A DNA stretch of 15,957 bases from an uncultured Gemmatimonadales bacterium (GCA_963850905.1 CAWKMU010000006.1:1-15957), one strand, 5' to 3'. Positions 1 through 10,103 are shown, counted from the stretch's first letter. Notes: generated by a model from the sequence alone, not told the origin. Numbers and translations: made by a program.

Positions 1-163
1 CGCCGCGCTGGCGAACGCCCTCTGGGGTACGAGGAGCGGAAATCCTCGTGGAAAGAATCAGCCGCGCGACGCTAGATAACGGCGCCAAACGTGCACCCAT
101 ACAGCCCATACAAATGACTGACGCATTGACCTGGATTCACGGACTTCGGGCGAGGACTCGGCC

Positions 164-1012
164 ATGGAGACACAGGTGAGCGACAGGGCGATTCGGTCGA
201 GCACGGCACAGCTCGAAGGAGAGACACTGCACTACCTGAGCGTCGGCCAGGGACCAGCCATCATCCTGCTTCACGGTTACGCCGAGACGTCACGGATGTG
301 GAGGCCGATCATGCCGGCGCTCGCCAAGCGGTTCACCGTGATTGCGCCCGACCTCCCAGGGATCGGCGAGTCGGCGATTCCCTCCGCGGGTGTCGACATG
401 AAGACCGCGGCGATTCGCGTGCACGCACTCGTCCGCTCACTCGGGGTTCAGCAGGCGGAGGTCGTCGGACACGACATTGGCCTCATGGTCGCGTACGGAT
501 ACGCGGCGCTCTTCCCCACCGAGGTGGGGAAGCTCGTGCTCATGGACGCGTTCCTACCAGGTGTCGGTGCGTGGGAGACCATCTACAATGATCCAGACAC
601 CTGGCATTTTCGCTTCCATGGCCCGACGCCGGAAGCGCTCGTCAAAGGACGCGAGCGAGTCTACTTCGAGTACTTCTGGAACCACCTGGCGGCCGACTCG
701 ACACGTTCGTTGCCGGAAGACGCGCGAGAGGCTTATACCACCGCCTATAGCCGACCGGGCCGGATGCGGGCGGCATGGGGATACTTCGAGTCCTTCCCCC
801 AGACCGCCACGGATTTCGCCGACCTTGGAAAGACCAAACTCACGATGCCGGTCCTCACGGTGGGCGGCAGCAAGTCGCTCGGTGAATTTCTCGGGCACCA
901 GATCCCACTCGTTGCGACAAACGTCACTGCGGTGGTGATCGAGAACGCCGGCCACTGGATCCTGGAAGAGCAGCCGCACCAGACGACCGACGCCTTGTTG
1001 AAATTCCTCTAG
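164..1012 (+). CDS. Alpha/beta-fold hydrolase, epoxide hydrolase/haloacetate dehalogenase-like (282 aa)
   Basis: LLHGY oxyanion motif, APDLPGIGES, Asp nucleophile elbow GHDIG, WHFRF cap motif, catalytic His in AGHW. SD GAGGA at 152-156. In-frame TGA at 119 limits any upstream extension. Confidence 0.92.
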   Translation: METQVSDRAIRSSTAQLEGETLHYLSVGQGPAIILLHGYAETSRMWRPIMPALAKRFTVIAPDLPGIGESAIPSAGVDMKTAAIRVHALVRSLGVQQAEVVGHDIGLMVAYGYAALFPTEVGKLVLMDAFLPGVGAWETIYNDPDTWHFRFHGPTPEALVKGRERVYFEYFWNHLAADSTRSLPEDAREAYTTAYSRPGRMRAAWGYFESFPQTATDFADLGKTKLTMPVLTVGGSKSLGEFLGHQIPLVATNVTAVVIENAGHWILEEQPHQTTDALLKFL

Positions 1013-1039
1013 CCCGACTCGGTACTCCGCAAACGGCCC

Positions 1040-2119
<1,080 letters not shown>

Positions 2120-2227
2120 CTAGCTTTCTACGAGACTCGACCGCTTACTAGTGGGCTCGGGACAGGCGGCGACCCGAAACCCTGCTCAGGGAACCGCCAA
2201 TCCGCCAACTTTCGCGAGGTGCCGTGA

Positions 2228-2470
2228 ATGCCTGATGACGATCTGCGAGCGGAACTCGACCGTCTTCGCAAGGAGAACGAAGCGCTCCGCCAGAGGCCCG
2301 CCAGCCGCGTCTCGATGAAGGTCAGCGAGAAGGGTGGCGTCTCGGTGTATGGACTCGGCCGGTTTCCGATCACGCTCTACAAAGAGCAGTGGACCAAGCT
2401 GCTCGACATGGCGGATGAGATACGCTCGTTCATCGCGGAGCACGCGGGCGAGTTGAAGACCAAGCCGTAA
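2228..2470 (+). CDS. Conserved small hypothetical protein (80 aa): N-terminal coiled coil plus KVSEKGGVSVYGLGRFPITLYKEQW core
   Basis: SD GAGGT at 2216-2220, GC3-rich codons, heptad LRAELDRLRKENEALR. The core is recalled as a widespread uncharacterised family (not verified by search). Confidence 0.85.
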   Translation: MPDDDLRAELDRLRKENEALRQRPASRVSMKVSEKGGVSVYGLGRFPITLYKEQWTKLLDMADEIRSFIAEHAGELKTKP

Positions 2471-3316
2471 GTGCAAAAGCAAGACGATCGCCCCGTGTCG
2501 TTCAACAGACTCGGCCAGATCGGTACGGCGTTGTTCGTCGTGTCGATGGCGTTTTTTGGGGTGCAACTCCTTGTTTTCGCGAGCGGTTTGCGTGACCCAA
2601 ACCCCATGTCGCCCTGGACCGTCACGAGCCGCGGCTGGGCCGGTCTCGTGGGCGTCGTCGCCCTCGCCGGCAGCATCGGCCTCGCCACCTCCCACGCGCG
2701 TGTAGCGGCGACGCTCCTGGCGGTCTTAGCGTTCGCCCGCGCCCTGGTGTACATCCCCGACCTCACATGGAATGTCCGCGCCGAGGGGAACTGGACGAAT
2801 GCATTCCAGCTGCTGGCATGGTGTGGGGTGTGCCTGGTGTTGGCAGACACCGCATCGGTTGCACCCACGCCGAAGGCGGGGCGGAGGCCGTTCTTGGCGA
2901 CAGTGACCCGGGTGGGGTGCCTGCTTTTCGCGAGCAGTCTCCCGGTTTTCGGGGTGGAGCACCTCGTGTCTGCGCGAGACATCGCCCCAATGGTGCCGTC
3001 CTGGATCCCCTGGCATCTCTTCTGGACGTACTTCGCCGGTGTGGCATTTTTCGCGGCGGCTGCGGCCATGGCGACACAGATCCAGGCGCGCCTCGGCGGA
3101 ACAATGTTGGGTGTGATGTTCTTGCTGTGGGTCCTCGTCCTCTGGCTGCCAGCGATTGCGGCGAACCCGAGGAGTGAAGACAACTGGACCAACGCGGTCA
3201 TCACTTTGGCAATGTCTGGCGGGGCGTTCTTGATCGCCGCTCTCGCAACGGTACCCGCCCCGGGCACCGCCCACCGCCTTCCGGTCACAGCCTCAGACTC
3301 GCTGCCGGAAGCGTAA
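2471..3316 (+). CDS. DoxX-like integral membrane protein with two internally repeated halves (281 aa)
   Basis: About 8 hydrophobic segments. Repeated motifs G.LF......FGV.(L/H)L and NWTNA...LA..G....A occur in both halves, and MVPSWIPWHLFWTYFAG is typical of the family. The GTG start directly abuts the upstream TAA and has a weak SD, so the start is less certain. Confidence 0.8.
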   Translation: MQKQDDRPVSFNRLGQIGTALFVVSMAFFGVQLLVFASGLRDPNPMSPWTVTSRGWAGLVGVVALAGSIGLATSHARVAATLLAVLAFARALVYIPDLTWNVRAEGNWTNAFQLLAWCGVCLVLADTASVAPTPKAGRRPFLATVTRVGCLLFASSLPVFGVEHLVSARDIAPMVPSWIPWHLFWTYFAGVAFFAAAAAMATQIQARLGGTMLGVMFLLWVLVLWLPAIAANPRSEDNWTNAVITLAMSGGAFLIAALATVPAPGTAHRLPVTASDSLPEA

Positions 3317-3366
3317 CTGCGCTCGCCGCCTGACCGGTTCTGGCGAGACGTGAGAATCAATCCGAC

Positions 3367-3420
3367 TTGACGCCCTGACATCGCGACCACAGTTTTTGTC
3401 CCCTAACCTAGTGTGGTGGA
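3367..3420 (+). promoter_or_regulatory. Candidate sigma70 promoter and PadR operator upstream of padR-ADOP
   Basis: TTGACG (3367-3372), 17 bp, then CAGTTT (3390-3395). Imperfect dyad TCCCCTA-N8-TGGTGGA (3399-3420) overlaps the SD region. Confidence 0.4.
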
Positions 3421-3426
3421 GGGGGC

Positions 3427-3759
3427 GTGGCTCGCGAACCGAACGATCTGCTGCACGGCACTCTCGACGTGCTCATTCTCAAGACGCTGTCCTGGGGCCC
3501 CACGCACGGGTACGGCATCAGCAGATGGATCGAGGGTCAGACGCGCAGGACGCTCACGGTCGAAGACGCCGCGCTATACAAGGCGCTCCATCGGCTCGAA
3601 GCAAGCGGCGCGATCGTGGCGGAATGGGGTACCTCCGACAACAACCGCCGCGCGAAGTACTACTCGCTTACCCCGCGCGGCCGCCAGCTGCTGCGGGCTG
3701 AAGTAGCGACCTGGAAGCGCTACGCCGCCGCCGTGGCGAGCGTACTGGAGACCGCGTGA
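3427..3759 (+). CDS. PadR-family transcriptional regulator, acidobacterial/ADOP-associated type (110 aa)
   Basis: LLHGTLDVLILKTL..GPTHGYGI, LYKALHRLE, WGTSDNNRRAKYYSLT..GR..L...W signature. GTG start with GGAGG SD. Lies directly upstream of an ADOP permease. Confidence 0.95.
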   Translation: MAREPNDLLHGTLDVLILKTLSWGPTHGYGISRWIEGQTRRTLTVEDAALYKALHRLEASGAIVAEWGTSDNNRRAKYYSLTPRGRQLLRAEVATWKRYAAAVASVLETA

Positions 3760-3768
3760 GGAGATGCG

Positions 3769-6417
3769 ATGTCGTCAGGGACACGATTACCCGCCCGAGC
3801 TCGTCGGTTGTTCCGGCTGCCGCCGAGCCAAGCAAGGTTGCTGCGCGATGTGGACGACGAGATGCGGTTTCACCTCGAGATGCGCATCGCCGAACTGCGC
3901 GCGCTTGGTATGAGCCCCGACGAAGCTGAGGCGGAGGCCGTGCGCCGGGTAGGCGATCTCGACGCACTGCGTGATGATCTCGTGCGGGCTGGAATGCGGC
4001 GAGGACGAATGTCCCAGGTACGCGAGTCCTTGAGTGATGCACTGCAGGATATCCGCATGGCCTGCCGGCGGTTGTCGCACAGTCCGACATTCGCGATGGC
4101 CGCGACGCTCACGCTGGCGATTACGATAAGCGCCACGGCGTCTGTCTTTGCGCTCGTGGATGCTGTGCTGCTTAAGGCGTTTCCGTACCGTGATCCGAGT
4201 CGCGTGCTCTCGATCTGGGAGAGCAACCCACAGTTCCCGCAGTTCGCCGTAGCGCCGGCGAACTATCTCGACTGGCAGGCCCAGAGCACAGCCTCGTTCA
4301 CGTCACTGGCGGCGTTGAAGTATCAATTCCTTACAGCGACCGGGTCGGGCGAGGCGGAGCGCCTGAGCGCTGCCGCGGCGACACCGAACTACGCGAGCAC
4401 ACTTGGCATCACGCCGGCGCTGGGGCGTTTCCTCGCCCCGTCCTCCGCTGGCCCCGCGGAAGTCGTGATCGGGTATGCGTTTTGGCAACGTCAATTCGGT
4501 GGCCAATCGAGTGTCCTTGGTCGCACGCTCACCTTGGAAGGTCATCCGTACACGATCGTCGGCGCGACGCCGTCAGGCCTCCCCTCGGGTTCGTTCTACG
4601 ACCCCGACGTCTGGACGCGACTCCCGCTCGACGCTCCCGCACAGGTCGATCGCGGCGCGCATGTGATCGCAGTCTACGGTCGACTGCGCGACGGAGTCTC
4701 TGAGCAGCAAGGAGAGCGCGACCTGAAAACGATTGCCGCACGCTTGGCGCTCGCGTACCCGCAAACCAACAAGAGTTGGTCGGTCGTCACGATGCCGGTG
4801 CTGCAGCAAATACTCGGGAGCGTCAGACCAGCGCTGACGATGTTGTTTGCCGCCGCGGCGTGCGTGCTCCTGATTGGTGCGGCCAATCTGGCAAACCTGT
4901 TTCTGGTTCGGTATTTGGCGCGGGAGCGGGAGCTTGCGCTGCGCACGGCCCTCGGCGCGACACGTCGCCGCGTCGTCCGTGAGCTCGTAGTCGAGGCCCT
5001 GACCCTTGGCACGATCGCGTGCGTCGTGGGTGTTGCCCTCGCCTTCGGAGGCGTGCGCGCGCTCCGAGTCCTTGCGCCTACCACCCTTCCGCGACTGGGT
5101 CAGATCAGCGTCGATGCCCGGGTGGTCGCGTTCTGCGTCGTCGCGGCGCTCACGACCGTATGCCTGTTCGGATTAGTTCCGGCGTGGCATGCTTCGCGGG
5201 CCTCGCTTGCGGGCGCCGTAAAGGAAGGCCGCCGCGGCACGAGCTCGGGGCGACACCACCGACTGCAAGACTCGCTCGTGGTGCTTCAGATGACAGTTGC
5301 TCTCATCCTCCTCACTGGAGCGGGACTCTTCGTTACGGGCTTCGAGCACTTCCGCCGGCTGGATCCTGGCTTCCGGCCTGAAGGCGTACTGACTGCACTG
5401 GTCACGCCACGGGCCGAGCGATACGCGACGCCCGAGAAACAGACAGCATTCGTCTCTCGCCTCCTCGAGCAGCTGTCTGCCATACCCGGCGTCTTGGGGG
5501 TGAGCGTCAGCAACAACCTCCCAACCGCCTTGGTGTGGGCGGCCGGGTTCACCGTCATTGGCGACCCGCCCCCGGATCCCGCACACATGCCGACCACCGA
5601 TCTCGCATGCGTGAGCCCGGGTTATTTCCGTACAATGGGCATGGACCTTCGGCGTGGCCGCGGCGTGCTTGCAACCGATGGTTAGCGGGCACCCGAGGTC
5701 ATGGTCGTCGATGGGCTGTTGGCGCGGCGCTTCTTCGCGGGTCGAGATCCCGTGGGCCAGCGTCTCGCGTTCGGGTCCGATACCGCCTCGATCGTCGGCG
5801 TCGTCGCGCCGGTCAAGCAGCGGGGTCTTGCGGGGGACGATGTGCCCGTCAGTTATGCCCCGCTCGCGCAGTGCCCCATGCCCGGGATATACGTCGAAGT
5901 GCGAGCCGCCGATCCGCCGGCAATGACCGCAGCAGTGAAGCATGCGATTCAGGCAGTTGACCCAACCGCGCCCATTTCCGACGTCGAGACGATGACGACG
6001 CGCATGGCAGCGTCAATGGGCTCCGCGCGGTTCTCGAGCTTTCTTGCGTCGCTGTTCGCTGCTGTGGCTCTCGTGCTGAGCGTGGTTGGCCTGTACAGCG
6101 TCTTGGCCTTCGTCGTGACTCAGCGCCAGCGAGAGATTGGCGTGCGGCTCGCCCTCGGTGCCACTCACGGACACGTCATGAGCGACGTGCTCCGTCGCGC
6201 ATCGATTCTCGCGGGACTCGGCATCGCGATCGGATGCGTCGGCGCCTGGATCTTGACGCGTCTGCTTGCTGGACTCGTAGTCGGTGTCAGCCCACACAAT
6301 CCGGTCATCTTCGCCGGTGCTGTGGCGGCATTTGCCCTTGTCGCGCTGGCGGCTACGAGTGTTCCGGCACTTCGAACGACGCGCGTCAATCCGGTCGTCG
6401 CGCTTTCGTCGGATTAG
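3769..6417 (+). pseudogene. ADOP-type duplicated ABC permease (prefix domain plus two MacB_PCD/FtsX repeats), 882 codons, interrupted by in-frame TAG at 5683-5685
   Basis: DDEMRFHLEMR prefix, R.RELALRTALGA and RQREIGVRLALGA FtsX motifs, LVVLQMTVALILLTGAGLF, DPGFRPEGVLT, C-terminal RVNPVVALSSD. ORFs 3769-5685 and 5701-6417 are in the same frame, and the junction reads ATDG*RAPEVMVVDGLLARRFF. SD GAGGAG at 3758-3763. Pseudogene versus sequence error is unresolved. Confidence 0.85.
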
Positions 6418-6617
6418 CGAGCATGACACTGCGTATGGTCCCATTCTACACGCGATGAGAATTGATATGCGCGCTGCGCTCAGCGCAGAGTGGGCGCGCA
6501 AGGGCTGGTGCACGAAGCCGTTCTTGGGTGGAGCGACGGACTCATCGGGCGGGAGTTTGGGGGTGGGACCCGGCTGGCTCGTAATTGGGGTGTGAGAGGC
6601 ACGCTCGAGGCAGATCG

Positions 6618-6659
6618 CACCGGTCACATGGTTGCGTATCCACCGGTCACATGGTTGCG
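6618..6659 (+). repeat. Exact 19-bp direct repeat CACCGGTCACATGGTTGCG x2 (period 23 bp)
   Basis: Copies at 6618-6636 and 6641-6659, each containing an ATG (6628 and 6651). Confidence 0.95.
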
Positions 6660-9600
6660 CATATAGTACAGCGTGTACGCGGTGGCTTGCCGCGGGGCCG
6701 TGCCCTGTTGCTACTGGCCACTGGTGTCGCCGCTGTCGCGGCCGGTCGGCTTCTCGCGCAAGACACGAGTGTGACGCACGTGCCGCCCGGCCTCTCAGCT
6801 CCCTCGAGGTTGGCCGCAACCGGCCCGTCCTTCTATATCGCCACGCAATCCAATGGTGAGTGGGCGGATGGTCGCGATGCTCCGGTCCTGCGCCGACGTC
6901 TTTCGCTGACACTGATCGGCGTCCCGCTCGGGACGGCGTTACAGGCGATCGGTGAGCACGCTGGCGTCGAGCTCACCTTCAGTACGGAGCTCATCCCGTT
7001 AGGCGCTCGCGTCTCGATGAAGGCGGACAATGTGACGATCGCGGCAGCTCTCAGCTGGGTGTTGGTCAACGCCCCGCTCGACGTGCTCGTGACCGCGGAC
7101 AACCATCTCACGCTCGTCCCGCGTCCGCTGGCGCCTCCTGGCTCATCTGCAGCTGTCGCCGGTACGCTCGTCGATGCCGAGAACGGCCGGCCCGTCCCTT
7201 ACGGTACGGTGACGCTCGTAGGGACGGAGTCCGCGCGATTTGCCGACGCGAACGGCCAATTCAGGCTGACCACCCTGCGACGCGGCGCATTCACGCTGCG
7301 CGCTCGGCAGATCGGGTATGCGCCCCACGATACCGCGTTGCGGATCGACTCAATGCCGCCAAGTGTCCCGCTTGTGGTTCGGATGCATCGTATTCCGGCA
7401 GTCCTACCGCTCGTGAGAGTGAACGGTGGTAAGGACTGTGTTGCAACCGGTCCGCCTGACTCGGCCGTCAACCCTGGCCTGGCGGCAATCTTCACACAGG
7501 TGCGTGAGAATGTTGACCGTTTTCGCCTAGTGCTGGACGAGTATCCTTTCCGGTACAGACGCGAGGAACGGATGGTGCTGCGGCTCATGCCCGGAGGCGA
7601 TATCACGGCGTGGGTCGACACACTGGCGTACGAGTCGCAGCGAGACAGACGGTATCGGGTTGGTGACGTCCTCTTCGTCGACTCGAACGCCGTTGCCCAC
7701 GCGCGTCGGCACATGGAGCTCCCGACGTTCGGTGAGCTCGGAGACACGGCGTTCTTGTCTGCCCACTGCTTCAGCTATGGCGGGACCAAGGCGCTTGGCG
7801 GCAAGAGAGGCCCCAAGGTTTTGGAGATCGACTTCCGCCCCGCCACTGCAATCCCCGGTCCGGATGTGGAGGGCGCGGTTTATCTCGATGCCAAGACCTT
7901 CATCGTTCGTCGAGCCGTCTTTCGGCTGACGAAACCCGCTACCGCTCGGCCACCAGTGCTGGGCCTCGCGGTCACAACGACCTTTCGGGAAATCGTACCG
8001 CTCGTCGCGGTCTTCGACTCCGTCGCATCCGAACAGAAGTTGCCGCGTGGACCGGCACGTGGTCAGCCGGACACGGTCCTGAGCCTGGGCGGCCCGGTCC
8101 CTACCCCGCGGGTCGATCGGTCCGCCATCGGGTCATACCGAGTCCTCGACGCCGCCTTTGAAAGCCGCGTGTTGGGTACCCAGTCGCCGTCAGGTAGTTC
8201 AGCAACGGGGAACGGCGCTTCACGCCTCGAGGTCCACGCAACAGGCACTGACGTCCGCGATGCGACCTCCGTCCCCGCGTCAAATGCGCAAATCGTCGGT
8301 CAAGTCGTCCAGCGCGACGGCACCCCTGTGATCGGCGCGGTCGTGGGCCTGTTCGATGCGCGCGACACGACAATGACGGACGACAGCGGTCGCTTCGTCG
8401 TCCGAACCGCACGCGCGGGTCCGCACATGCTTTGGTTAAATCACCCCGGTTTTGAGTCGATTCGCATGCCAGTCACGATCAACTCCGATTCGGGGAGCGA
8501 CGTGAGAAAGATCACCCTCGCTCGCAGGGTTCCCAATCACCAAGCAGCGTCGGACGCGGAGGCATATAAAGCGATCGGCTTGGACCGGCGAATGCGACAA
8601 TTCGGTGAACCGCTGGCTCAGTATCAGGGCGGCGGGAACTTCGTGACGTCACAGGCGATCGAGGCGCAGGTTCGCGAAGGACGGGGCGTGACGCTGTCGC
8701 AGCTGTTGCGAAGCACGCAAGCTTTCGCCGACTGGCCGCAGTCGATGGTGGATCGCTCGAGTGCTCGCGGATGTCTGGCGATCGCCATCGACGGCGTGCC
8801 GCAGGTGCACTTGCCAACCCAGGCCGTGGTGCCGCTCGCGAACATCGACCATCTGATTGAGCCGGCCGGCATTGGCGCGATCGAGGCCTACCGTCCGGGC
8901 GATCGATCCAGTGAGTTCGCCGGGTTGGACGTGGGAGCTGCGCAGTGTACGTACGTCTTCATCTGGACCCGCGAGTTCCTTGGGCTGGGGGAGCCATCTG
9001 ACTCGAGCATTGCGGACGAGTACATCGAGAGCCGCGGCAGGGCGGCGTTTCCTGACACTGCGGTGTGCAAAGCTCCCGCGCCCTGGGACAGCATCGACGT
9101 CCCGATTTATGCGACGCTGGTGAGTCAAACGCGCCGACCGCCGCGAGACAGCATCTGGCCGGGAGATGTCGGGCGCGTGCTCGCCGCGCTGCGCAGCGCG
9201 TTCGTCATGCCGAGCGTCCTCGAACTCCCAGTCTTTGGGTACATGTTTCGCAAACCGATGTCGACGACGCGGGAGTCGGCGGCGCTGCAGATCGCGCCGA
9301 CGCTCGCGAGCGTGATCGAGTTCATGCTCGATGCGAGCCGGGGCGCGCGCGACGTCCGCATCGAGGCATCGGCACTATCAGGCGGCGCGGACACGGCTGT
9401 CCTTGCTGGCATCGCCGCCGGCGCCGTCAGCGGCGCGGTTCGTACGGCGGAACACATCGGCGGCGATAGGAGTGGCATGGGCTGGGAGCTGAGTGTAACC
9501 GAGGGACAACCCACGATCGGAGACGGCACTATCGTCTTGGGGCGCCTGCACGTGCCGGGTTGGCCGCTCGGCCGCCGCGCGACGCCCGCGGAGAACGAAG

Positions 9601-9851
9601 GGCCCATGCAGATCATAGATGAAGATTCCGGTATCACTGGTCGCGACAGCTTGATGCTCGAGTTCGTGGTGGACGAGCACGGTCGTGTGGTGGCTTCGAG
9701 TGCCCACGCGGTAACCTCGGACAGCAGTGCCCCGAGAAGTATCCTTCCGAGCCAGGTTCTGCAGGCACTGCAGCAGCTTCGGTTTCATCCTGCGCTCGTC
9801 CAGACGTGTCCGGTTCGGCAGCTCGTCAGGCGAGGATTCGTCTGGCACTAG
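6651..9851 (+). CDS. Secreted multidomain protein: signal peptide, STN-like, CarboxypepD_reg-like x2, TonB-dependent-receptor plug-like, C-terminal TonB_C-like (~1066 aa)
   Basis: ATG 6651 is in frame with the 6585 ORF and gives a signal peptide ending LLA|Q. Motifs: LRRRLSLTL.GVPLGTALQAI (STN), VAGTLVDAENGRPVPYGTV..ADANGQF..RQIGY and IVGQVVQRDGTPVIGAVV..TDDSGRF..HPGF (CarboxypepD_reg), GGGNFVT..IE..IDGVP..IGAIEAY..VFIWTR (plug), LEFVVDEHGRV..LRFHPA....PVRQLV...F (TonB_C). Domain calls are by eye. Confidence 0.8.
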   Translation: MVAHIVQRVRGGLPRGRALLLLATGVAAVAAGRLLAQDTSVTHVPPGLSAPSRLAATGPSFYIATQSNGEWADGRDAPVLRRRLSLTLIGVPLGTALQAIGEHAGVELTFSTELIPLGARVSMKADNVTIAAALSWVLVNAPLDVLVTADNHLTLVPRPLAPPGSSAAVAGTLVDAENGRPVPYGTVTLVGTESARFADANGQFRLTTLRRGAFTLRARQIGYAPHDTALRIDSMPPSVPLVVRMHRIPAVLPLVRVNGGKDCVATGPPDSAVNPGLAAIFTQVRENVDRFRLVLDEYPFRYRREERMVLRLMPGGDITAWVDTLAYESQRDRRYRVGDVLFVDSNAVAHARRHMELPTFGELGDTAFLSAHCFSYGGTKALGGKRGPKVLEIDFRPATAIPGPDVEGAVYLDAKTFIVRRAVFRLTKPATARPPVLGLAVTTTFREIVPLVAVFDSVASEQKLPRGPARGQPDTVLSLGGPVPTPRVDRSAIGSYRVLDAAFESRVLGTQSPSGSSATGNGASRLEVHATGTDVRDATSVPASNAQIVGQVVQRDGTPVIGAVVGLFDARDTTMTDDSGRFVVRTARAGPHMLWLNHPGFESIRMPVTINSDSGSDVRKITLARRVPNHQAASDAEAYKAIGLDRRMRQFGEPLAQYQGGGNFVTSQAIEAQVREGRGVTLSQLLRSTQAFADWPQSMVDRSSARGCLAIAIDGVPQVHLPTQAVVPLANIDHLIEPAGIGAIEAYRPGDRSSEFAGLDVGAAQCTYVFIWTREFLGLGEPSDSSIADEYIESRGRAAFPDTAVCKAPAPWDSIDVPIYATLVSQTRRPPRDSIWPGDVGRVLAALRSAFVMPSVLELPVFGYMFRKPMSTTRESAALQIAPTLASVIEFMLDASRGARDVRIEASALSGGADTAVLAGIAAGAVSGAVRTAEHIGGDRSGMGWELSVTEGQPTIGDGTIVLGRLHVPGWPLGRRATPAENEGPMQIIDEDSGITGRDSLMLEFVVDEHGRVVASSAHAVTSDSSAPRSILPSQVLQALQQLRFHPALVQTCPVRQLVRRGFVWH

Positions 9852-10103
9852 CCGGCTCCTTTGGCTTGACCGTCCTGTTTCGCGCACACGTCAGAATGAC
9901 ATGGCTAAGCCACCCGCCGCTCGTTCACGCTAAGAGTTCGTTTGAGAACGTCTATTGGTGAGCGATGCGTCTGACGAGGATACTTTCGAGGGCGACATGG
10001 GATCATGGCAAGGAACGGCTCAATCCGCGCCCACCCCTCGTCGGTCAAATCGTCGGGTAGCGCTTGGTCTTCTTCTTAAATTTCGGCTATCGGGCCACGC
10101 GTC

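Noticed and set aside
2377..3390. Long antisense or alternate-frame ORFs (e.g. 2377-3390, 5173-5943, 6013-6912, 13387-14283)
   Set aside because: They are shadow ORFs overlapping well-supported genes in high-GC DNA, with Arg/Ala/Pro-rich translations and no family motifs.
5683..5685. Genome-wide TAG reassignment (alternative genetic code)
   Set aside because: TAG terminates the hydrolase, ADOP, mosaic protein, DinB and tricorn genes at family-typical C-termini. No convincing PYLIS-like hairpin follows the codon.
5701..6417. Independent 238-aa permease gene
   Set aside because: It starts mid-domain in the same frame as the upstream ORF without a usable SD, and is the C-terminal part of the ADOP gene.
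6559..6583. ECF-sigma promoter (GGGGGT...CGTA) for the STN-containing gene
   Set aside because: The motifs are too short and there is no cognate sigma or anti-sigma factor in the window.
6585..6650. TTG start at 6585 for the large ORF
   Set aside because: The 22-aa extension runs through the tandem repeat and looks non-coding. ATG 6651 gives a normal signal peptide.
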